Positions 18,885 to 26,327 of a stretch of 40,379 nucleotides of DNA are shown here, piece after piece. This stretch comes from an uncultured Lachnoanaerobaculum sp. (GTDB lineage: Bacteria; Bacillota; Clostridia; Lachnospirales; Lachnospiraceae): contig CAUQKD010000001.1 in NCBI GenBank assembly GCA_963518365.1, forward strand, positions 1-40,379. The letters are read 5' to 3'. The notes beneath the pieces were generated by a model. The model was not told the DNA's origin, did no database searches, and saw only the letters and a program-made list of their open reading frames with translations. Numbering within the stretch: position 1 is the stretch's first letter; each line of letters begins with the position of its first letter. A program made the position numbers and the translations under genes.

Positions 18885-20000
18885 TTGAAGAGATGTATTA
18901 GTTGTAACGGTTCATTACATGAACTTATGAAGATTGAAAATATGCCTGCAAGTGCCCAGGATATACCGACAAAGGAAGAACTTGATAAAGATAAGGGTAT
19001 AGAAGTGTCGCTTTGTGTCTGTGAGGACTGTAATCTGGTGCAGTTAAAAAATGATGCGGTGTATTATTACAGAGATGTTATAAGAGCCGGTGGATATTCC
19101 ACTACAATGGAAGACTTAAGAAAAAGTGAGTACAAACATTTTATAGAGTTTGCGTCCCTTGAAGGTAAGAAGATAATAGAAGTCGGCTGCGGCAGAGGAG
19201 AGTTCTTAGGTATGCTTAAAGGCTTTCCGGTAGAAGGCTACGGTACGGAGCATAAAAAGGAACTTGTAGAGATTGCAAAAGAAGCAGGACTTAGAGTGGA
19301 TGAAGACTTTCCGGAGAGTGAAGACCATGTATTTAAGAACGGTCCTTTTGATGCCTTTATGTCATTTAATTTTTTGGAGCATCAGCCGCATCCGAGAACA
19401 TATTTAAAAGCAATTTATAACAATCTGTTGGAAGAAGGATACGGACTTATTACGGTTCCGAGCTTTGAGTATATATTGGAGCAGAACAGCTTCTATGAGA
19501 TAATCCCGGACCATATCGCATACTACAATTTTGACAGTCTTACACATCTTTTAAATATAAGCGGATTTGAGGTGCTTGAGTCAAGGACGGTCAACAGAGA
19601 TACTATTGAAGTGATAGTGAAAAAAAGAAAGTTACCTGATATAAGCGGTATTATCGCAAAGAAGACGGATATCGCAAAAGAAGTACTTGATACGGTAAAG
19701 GGCTATTCAAAAATAGCCATATGGGGAGCGTCACACCAAGGATTTACACTTTGCTCCACAACAGGTATTGCGAAGTATGTGGACTGCATCATAGATTCGG
19801 CACCTTTTAAGCAGGGAAGATTTGCACCGGAATCGCATATTAGGATCATTTCACCTGATGATGCAAGAAAGAGAGAGCTTGAAGCGATAGTGATAGTAGC
19901 ACCGGGATATACGGATGAGATAGCAGGTATTATAAAGACTACATTTGACAAGAATATAGATGTCTACACATTGATGACCGACAAACTGAAAAGGTTATAA
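18885..20000 (+). CDS. Class I SAM methyltransferase with NDP-sugar C-methyltransferase architecture
   Basis: N-terminal CISC...CEDC zinc motif followed by LVQL; IEVGCGRG SAM motif; FLEH; C-terminal IAIWGASHQG and IDSAPFKQGRF. Confidence 0.85.
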   Translation: MKRCISCNGSLHELMKIENMPASAQDIPTKEELDKDKGIEVSLCVCEDCNLVQLKNDAVYYYRDVIRAGGYSTTMEDLRKSEYKHFIEFASLEGKKIIEVGCGRGEFLGMLKGFPVEGYGTEHKKELVEIAKEAGLRVDEDFPESEDHVFKNGPFDAFMSFNFLEHQPHPRTYLKAIYNNLLEEGYGLITVPSFEYILEQNSFYEIIPDHIAYYNFDSLTHLLNISGFEVLESRTVNRDTIEVIVKKRKLPDISGIIAKKTDIAKEVLDTVKGYSKIAIWGASHQGFTLCSTTGIAKYVDCIIDSAPFKQGRFAPESHIRIISPDDARKRELEAIVIVAPGYTDEIAGIIKTTFDKNIDVYTLMTDKLKRL

Positions 20001-20098
20001 TTATAAAAATATATAAATTTATACATTATTAACTATGTGAGAGTAGTAAAAGAGAGTATTAGTAGTAAGCACATTATATTGAAAAAATTCAGGGTGAT

Positions 20099-20704
20099 TG
20101 ATGTGACCCAAAAAGTTAGACTTTTTTAGCGTAGCAGTTTATATAGCTGCCACGCTATTTTTATGCAGCCAAGAGTCTAAGCCTGTATTGCAGCGGACTA
20201 GCCATCCTAGTTTTTCTTTAATTCTTTGTTCATTGTAATACTTTATGTATTGTTCGATTTCTGACTTTAGCTCATCATAGCTATAGTAAATAACACCATA
20301 ATAGATTTCTTGTTTTATTAATCCAAAGAAGTTCTCCATAACAGAGTTATCATGACATTTTTTGCTGAAGTGTGCTTGTCAATTCCATATTTTATAATTT
20401 CACCATTACACATATCCATATTTACGGATCTTTCGAATGAAAGAAGTAACCTGTAAACCAAGCTTCTACAGTATACGTTGTGCTTTCTTTTTGTTTACAC
20501 AGTAGACTTTTATTGTATACATTAATCCATTTACGTAGCTGTGGATTAGAACCAAGTCAATATTTTTTAGAAATATGTAACGTTCCGCCTTTACCATCCA
20601 AATACTCTAAAATAACTTTCTGTTTGAATTCAAAACTATGTTTTGCCATAAAAATACCGACATCCTAATCGTGATATTTTGGTCTAACGTTTAGGGGCGG
20701 TACA
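20099..20704 (-). mobile_element. Internally deleted IS3-family (IS150-like) element, 606 bp
   Basis: TG...CA ends with 24-bp imperfect IRs (TGATGTGACCCAAAAAGTTAGACT vs TGTACCGCCCCTAAACGTTAGACC); orfA start MAKHSFEFKQKVILEYL at 20649 with an early stop; orfB pieces MDMCNGEIIKY and CHDNSVMENFFGLIKQE...YYNEQRIKEKLG. Confidence 0.92.
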
Positions 20705-20918
20705 AAATACCGGGTCCTTTTTGTATTTAAGTAAGGAGTGTTCCCCATAATACGGAAATTATAATAGAAGGAAGCAGGTTTGCCGCTCTTACAGTCTTAG
20801 GATATATGAGATTCAGTCAGAAACATAATATTCAATATATTTCCGACAAGTGAGATATTGTCAAGAACAGTCCTAGTCATAAAAGGTGAAAAATATACAT
20901 ACTTCAAAATTTTTTAAA

Positions 20919-20947
20919 ATGACTATTTTATAAAAAAGTGTTAAACT
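20919..20947 (+). promoter_or_regulatory. Putative promoter giving a leaderless mRNA for the HAD gene
   Basis: ATGACT-17 bp-TAAACT with TG extension; ATG 7 nt after the -10; no SD. Confidence 0.5.
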
Positions 20948-20953
20948 GTCTTT

Positions 20954-21688
20954 ATGGATATTTTATTTACAGATTTGGACAATACTTTGATTTATTCAAA
21001 GAAAACTGATATAAAAGACAGGATGAGTGTGGAATTTTATAAAGGAGAAGATAACAGCTTCATGTCAAGGTACTCCTATGAATTTTTGAAAAAACTGCAC
21101 GAAAGACTTCTGATAGTTCCTGTTACTACAAGGACATCTATTCAGTACAAAAGGATAAATTTAAGTATAGTTCCGAAGTATGTACTATGTGCAAACGGTG
21201 GTCAGCTTTTAAAGGACGGAGCGCCGGATGATGAATGGTATTTAAAGAGCATTGAAATCATAGCGGATTCAGCTGATGAAAGACAAAGAGCATTCACAAT
21301 GCTGAAAAAAGATAAAAGAAGAATATTTGAATGCAGAAATATAGATAACCTTTTTATCTTTACAAAATGCGATGATATTGAGGATGTGGTAAAAGACCTT
21401 AAGTCTGAGTTGAACATTGATTTGGTGGAAGTTTTATATAATAAAGAAAAGCTTTATATAATGCCGAAGAAATTAAACAAGGCCGATATGGTAAGACGCT
21501 TTATAAATGAATATAAAGGTGAAAGAATATTTGCGGCAGGTGATACGGAATTTGACAAAGGTATGATAGGGCTTGCAGATATAGGATTTGCACATAAGAA
21601 ATTAAATATAAAAAATATTTTTAATGAATATGAGGGACTTTTTTCTGATTACTATTTGACGAAGGTCTATGAATATACTAAGGAGTAA
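20954..21688 (+). CDS. HAD-superfamily hydrolase (IIB/Ter-cluster type)
   Basis: DLDNT motif I, PVTTR motif II, ANGG, NK motif III, AAGDTEFD motif IV. Confidence 0.88.
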   Translation: MDILFTDLDNTLIYSKKTDIKDRMSVEFYKGEDNSFMSRYSYEFLKKLHERLLIVPVTTRTSIQYKRINLSIVPKYVLCANGGQLLKDGAPDDEWYLKSIEIIADSADERQRAFTMLKKDKRRIFECRNIDNLFIFTKCDDIEDVVKDLKSELNIDLVEVLYNKEKLYIMPKKLNKADMVRRFINEYKGERIFAAGDTEFDKGMIGLADIGFAHKKLNIKNIFNEYEGLFSDYYLTKVYEYTKE

Positions 21689-21690
21689 AG

Positions 21691-22665
21691 ATGCCTGGAT
21701 TTACAACACATTATATCTTGGGTGTAAAGGCATACGGACAGCTTGAAAACTCAGGGTTAAAGCATATCATCTCCAAATACAGATGGTTGTATCAGCTTGG
21801 GCTGCAAGGTCCTGATATGTTCTTTTATAATATACCGATATTAAGACACAGAGACTACAGAAATGTAGGCTCATATATGCATGAAAGCCATGTAAATGAT
21901 TTCTTTGCAAATGCAATGTATGAGATACAGAGCATGGAATCGGTGCAAAAGAAACAACAGGCAATCAGCTATATTGCAGGATTTCTTTGTCACTATGTGG
22001 GTGATTATATCTGTCATCCTTATGTCTATGCCAGAATCGGACATGAGAGCGGTAAAAACAGTGCCTATGTATACGGTATGCACGCGGCACTTGAGAACGA
22101 TATAGATACATTGCTCTTGTTAAAATATAAGAAAAAGAAGACTTCGGAGTTCAATCAGGCTGCAACACTTGCGCTAAACGGCTTTGAGATACAGTTTGTT
22201 TCGGATTTTCTTGCAAGAGTGATCAACAAGACATATTACCCGATAACATATAAGAACAATTTCAGAGTGACGTCTGCAATGGTACACAGGTCCGTACTTG
22301 CGATGAGATTCGGCGTGAGGACATTGGCGGATCCTACGGGCAGAAAAAAGAACAGAATAAATGCTATAGAGACTATTTTTTTGAAAGCGCCTATAGTATC
22401 ACAAAAGATACTTTCGGATGAGATACCTGATGCGAAGAAGACTTTCAATCTGAATCATGAGATTTGGATAAATCCTTGGGATAAGGGCATATATTCGATA
22501 GAAAGCTTTCCTGAACTGTTTGACAGATGTATTGAGAGATGTGAGGAAATATTTAAACTTTTAAATATAGAAATAATGCCTGAAAGGCTGGAGGATACGG
22601 ATTTTCACAGATTACTTGCCGGTATCGGAAATTATTCGTATCACTCAGGTCTTGATGTAGGTTAA
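21691..22665 (+). CDS. Zinc-dependent phospholipase C family protein, no signal peptide
   Basis: N-terminal TTH, LGLQGPDMFFY, GFLCHYVGDYICHPYV and HAALENDID metal-ligand pattern. Confidence 0.8.
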   Translation: MPGFTTHYILGVKAYGQLENSGLKHIISKYRWLYQLGLQGPDMFFYNIPILRHRDYRNVGSYMHESHVNDFFANAMYEIQSMESVQKKQQAISYIAGFLCHYVGDYICHPYVYARIGHESGKNSAYVYGMHAALENDIDTLLLLKYKKKKTSEFNQAATLALNGFEIQFVSDFLARVINKTYYPITYKNNFRVTSAMVHRSVLAMRFGVRTLADPTGRKKNRINAIETIFLKAPIVSQKILSDEIPDAKKTFNLNHEIWINPWDKGIYSIESFPELFDRCIERCEEIFKLLNIEIMPERLEDTDFHRLLAGIGNYSYHSGLDVG

Positions 22666-22680
22666 GAAAGAGAGGTGAAT

Positions 22681-23517
22681 ATGAGTACTTTTGTAATGAA
22701 TATTACAAAACCTATCAGTGCAAGTTATTTGGAAAACTTGAATCAAAAGAAAGGTATAGTACTGACAAGTGAAAATGTAGAATTCTTGAATACTTCATAT
22801 TATAAGAAAAAAGATGCCGCATCTTCACAAAATACCGGCACAAAAAGTGTTGTGCAGCCGGCTACGTCCGTTCAAGGTGGTATACAGGCGGCTGCGGTAG
22901 GTCAAGGCGGTGCTCAGGCGGCAGGTAGCGGACAAAGTAATAATTCAACACATATCACATTGCCGAGTCTTACAAAGAGGGTTTCAAAGGGGCAGAAGGT
23001 GCCGCTTAACTTCGGCTCAAAGAAGATAAAGGTAAACTTCGGATGGAATGTGAAAAATCCCGTCTGTGATGTGGATGTATCGGCATTTTTGCTGTCGGGA
23101 AGCGGAAAAGTGGTCGGCGATGACTATTTTGTATTCTACGGTCAGGAAAGCAGCCCTGAAAAAAGTGTATTGTTTAAGAATGTGGAGACTGCAAATGTAT
23201 TGGAAGTATTTGATATAGACACAGCCGTCTTGAATCCGGCGGTAGCCAAGATAGTTTTTGTAATGACCATCAATGATGCACTTGAAAACTCACTGAATTT
23301 CAGTATGTTAAAGGATGCCTATATTCAGATAGTGGATCCTTTAAATAATACGGAGCTGGCGTCGTTTTTGGTGGAGGAATATTATAACAATATCAATTCC
23401 ATGATGATGGGCGAGATATATTTGCATAACGGTGCATGGAAATTTAATGCAATAGGAAACGGAGTAAATAAAGATTTGGCAGGTCTTTGTGAATTTTATG
23501 GAGTACAGGTTATATAA
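22681..23517 (+). CDS. TerD-family protein with N-terminal low-complexity extension
   Basis: KGQKV, FGWN, DVDVSAFLL, DDYFVFYG, GEIYLHNGAWKFNAIGNG, LAGLCEFYG. Confidence 0.88.
   Translation: MSTFVMNITKPISASYLENLNQKKGIVLTSENVEFLNTSYYKKKDAASSQNTGTKSVVQPATSVQGGIQAAAVGQGGAQAAGSGQSNNSTHITLPSLTKRVSKGQKVPLNFGSKKIKVNFGWNVKNPVCDVDVSAFLLSGSGKVVGDDYFVFYGQESSPEKSVLFKNVETANVLEVFDIDTAVLNPAVAKIVFVMTINDALENSLNFSMLKDAYIQIVDPLNNTELASFLVEEYYNNINSMMMGEIYLHNGAWKFNAIGNGVNKDLAGLCEFYGVQVI
22873..22935 (+). repeat. 30-bp degenerate in-frame tandem repeat in the TerD linker
   Basis: QGGIQAAAVG / QGGAQAAGSG; CAA at 22873, 22903 and 22933. Confidence 0.7.
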
Positions 23518-23526
23518 GGAGGAAGT

Positions 23527-24234
23527 ATGCTGACATTTGAAGTTATTAACGAGTTGACACTTAAGGTTACATGTGAAGGTAATGACACATTGATTGCAAA
23601 GGCGGGCGCTTTCATAGCGGGCGAGAATGCCGGAGCGAAGAATTATTCTTTTGAGAAGATGATACTTGGACCGGGAGGCAGTATAGGACAGGCGATATTC
23701 GGACAGCTGGTAAGAAGAGTTGCAGGTGAGAATATACCTCTTATGAAGGCGAATATGCACGGCAATTCCACAACATACTATGCTCACTACGGACAGCATG
23801 TAGTGGTATATAAGCTGGCTATAGGTGAGACAGTATCTGTAGAGTCTGAAAATATTTTGGCGTTTACCAATGACTGTGACTACTCGGTAAGATTTTTGGG
23901 AATAGGTGTGCTTTCACAAAAAGGCCTTGCTACAACAACACTTGTCGGTAGAGGTAATGATGCCTATGTGGCACTTTTGTCTGACGGCAATCCTTTGGTT
24001 TTATCCAATGTAAAATCTATGGACAGTATTGCGGTAGACCCTGACGCCGTAATATGCTGGTTCAGTAAAAACGGTATGGGAGATCCTCAGATAAGAGCCG
24101 ATGTATCGTGGAAGACCTTTATAGGGCAGGCATCAGGTGAGTCCTATACTTTCGAGTGGCTTGGAAACGATCAGGTGACGGTGCTTATCCAGCCAAGTGA
24201 AAGAAGAGGCGGAATAAGTGTAAGTGTGGATTAA
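23527..24234 (+). CDS. AIM24 family protein
   Basis: AKAGAFIA, GENIPLM, VESENILAF, VDPDAVICW, GQASGES, VLIQPSE; next to TerD. Confidence 0.82.
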   Translation: MLTFEVINELTLKVTCEGNDTLIAKAGAFIAGENAGAKNYSFEKMILGPGGSIGQAIFGQLVRRVAGENIPLMKANMHGNSTTYYAHYGQHVVVYKLAIGETVSVESENILAFTNDCDYSVRFLGIGVLSQKGLATTTLVGRGNDAYVALLSDGNPLVLSNVKSMDSIAVDPDAVICWFSKNGMGDPQIRADVSWKTFIGQASGESYTFEWLGNDQVTVLIQPSERRGGISVSVD

Positions 24235-24235
24235 G

Positions 24236-24266
24236 AAAAAACGGCAAGGAGCCCTAACTCCTTGCC
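24236..24266 (-). terminator. Terminator between AIM24 and the lic fusion
   Basis: GGCAAGGAG-ccctaa-CTCCTTGCC with a T-tract on the minus strand. Confidence 0.8.
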
Positions 24267-24279
24267 TCTTAATTTTGGG

Positions 24280-26061
24280 TTAATCTCTCATTGCCTCCAC
24301 AAAGAAGTCTTTGGCGTATCTGTACATTTTCAGAGAGTACTCACCGAATTCCTCACCGATATTTGACTTATATACAGTCCATAATGCCCAAAGATAACCG
24401 CTCAGAGCCATATACGCATAGAGCTTTTTATACTCTAAGTCGGTAGGTTTTCTTTGCAGATAACTTTCCAAAAGTACGTTCGCTTCCTCTTTATCATAGT
24501 AGGAATAGATAGAACACATAGCCACATCTATTATAGGCTCAGCCATACCGGCGTATTCCCAGTCAATAAGCTTTATCCTGTCATCAGCCGTGATGATAAA
24601 GTTGTCTGCAACACTGTCAATATGGCACAAACATTTATCAGATTTCATATTATCAAGCAGTTCAAGTAATATCTTAATATTTTGTTGGACAAAAGATACA
24701 TCCTCAAAAGATATTCCCCCGCTTTCATTACAAAGCTTGGTATAATACTCTATTCTCTCCGCAATATCAAAGCTGTGATTAACCTGTATATTTTTATCGT
24801 GCAGACTCTTTAAAAGTTTCATACATCTGCCCATCTCCCCTGCATCCTTAGGGTCGGCATTTCTTGAACCGTCATAGAACTTGGAAATTTTGTAGCCGCT
24901 TTCTCTGTCAAAGTAGATGATTCTTTCTGTAATATGTAAGTCTTTTACTGCCATATATGAGTCATACTCATGCTTTCTGTCGATAAGTACATCTGTACCC
25001 TTTCCCGGTATTCTGCAAATATAGCTTTGATTGTTCACTTCAAATAGGAAGGACTTGTTGGTCATCCCGGCCTTAAGCGTATGCAGACCCTTTATATGAC
25101 TCTGTGGAATATCAAAGACATTTGCAATAAGCTCAAGTGCGACATTTCCGCTGTTTTCCTTATACCTGTCATCAAATGCACGAAGTTCTTCAAGATTTTC
25201 AAACTCGTAGACTTGATTGTCAGGTTGCGGATTGATATGCATTGCAGGCAAATCCTTATTCTTAGCCTTTATCTCATTCATAAAAACATTTTCCCAGTAC
25301 CAGTCATCACTTCCCGGAGTAAAAAATGCTTTTTCAAGTATAGGTATAAAGACATTTGAAAAATCTTTACAAAAATAAACCGGACCGTACATCACATAGG
25401 CGTCCTTGCCTCCTACCTTTATATCTGTAATCTCGCGCTTTTTATTAAAATTAAGTACCCACTCATTTGTATTTCCTTCCATATATACAGAAGAATACCA
25501 TGAGTACGGCTCATAGCGGTGGTACATATTCTCACGCATCCAGTTGTCTGAAGATAATATGTAGACATTAGAGCCTTTTATATACTCTGCGGCATAGTGC
25601 AAAGTGGAAATATTATTTTTAGTGGAATAGTCGGGATTGTATACAAGCTTTACATTATACTTATCTATGAGGTAGTCAAAATGCTCCTTAAGATAACCTA
25701 CAACAATAACGATATCGTAAATGCCTACATCATGAAGCTGCTTTATCTGGCGTTCAATCATCCTTTCGCCAAAGACCTCAAGGAGGCCTTTAGGAGTTTC
25801 AAATGTAAGCGGAACAAATCTTGAACCGAAGCCTGCCGCCATGATAATTGCCCTGTCAACCTTAAATGTATCCAAGTAGTTAAGTCCCGATGAGGTCAGA
25901 ACAGTCATGTTGTCACACTTTTTTATATAGCCAAGTGTGAGTGCTTCTTTTATAAGAGTGTTGACACTGCCAAGTGAGAGCAACATCTTCTCTGCCAGTT
26001 CTCTTTGTGTGATTGTATTACATTCAAATATTTCTCTAAGTAAATAAGCGTATTTATTCAT
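24280..26061 (-). CDS. Winged-HTH + LicC-like CTP:phosphocholine cytidylyltransferase + LicA-like choline kinase fusion
   Basis: ITQRELAEKMLLSLGSVN HTH; MAAGFGSRFVPLTFETPKGLL, VVGYLKEHF, NNIST; AGMTNKSF, RIPGKGT, CHID, IDWEYAGM. Confidence 0.92.
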   Translation of the reverse strand: MNKYAYLLREIFECNTITQRELAEKMLLSLGSVNTLIKEALTLGYIKKCDNMTVLTSSGLNYLDTFKVDRAIIMAAGFGSRFVPLTFETPKGLLEVFGERMIERQIKQLHDVGIYDIVIVVGYLKEHFDYLIDKYNVKLVYNPDYSTKNNISTLHYAAEYIKGSNVYILSSDNWMRENMYHRYEPYSWYSSVYMEGNTNEWVLNFNKKREITDIKVGGKDAYVMYGPVYFCKDFSNVFIPILEKAFFTPGSDDWYWENVFMNEIKAKNKDLPAMHINPQPDNQVYEFENLEELRAFDDRYKENSGNVALELIANVFDIPQSHIKGLHTLKAGMTNKSFLFEVNNQSYICRIPGKGTDVLIDRKHEYDSYMAVKDLHITERIIYFDRESGYKISKFYDGSRNADPKDAGEMGRCMKLLKSLHDKNIQVNHSFDIAERIEYYTKLCNESGGISFEDVSFVQQNIKILLELLDNMKSDKCLCHIDSVADNFIITADDRIKLIDWEYAGMAEPIIDVAMCSIYSYYDKEEANVLLESYLQRKPTDLEYKKLYAYMALSGYLWALWTVYKSNIGEEFGEYSLKMYRYAKDFFVEAMRD

Positions 26062-26204
26062 AAGTACTCCTTATGCAAGTTCAAAAACAATAAAATTATA
26101 CATATATTGAACATATTAGCACAATAGATAGGATAAGTACACGGATTCGTAGTAAAAATAAACTTTTGTAATATTTTCGTAAGAAATCAGAAAAAGAAAA
26201 TATA

Positions 26205-26233
26205 TTGTAACATATAAAATAAAGTTATATACT
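26205..26233 (+). promoter_or_regulatory. SigA promoter of the cell-wall-binding protein
   Basis: TTGTAA-17 bp-TATACT with an A-rich upstream segment. Confidence 0.6.
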
Positions 26234-26327
26234 GTGAGTGTCCTGAAGGAAAGGACTTAACAAAGAACCTTTACCCAAAGGACGCATTAGATTTTTAAAA
26301 GGATTTCAAAAAGGAGATGCATTCATT

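Noticed and set aside
20480..20668. 62-aa plus-strand ORF
   Set aside because: Antisense to the IS3 orfA remnant
20731..20853. 40-codon stop-free stretch next to the IS end
   Set aside because: No suitably placed start codon and no family I can recognise; it may be a gene remnant but needs TBLASTX
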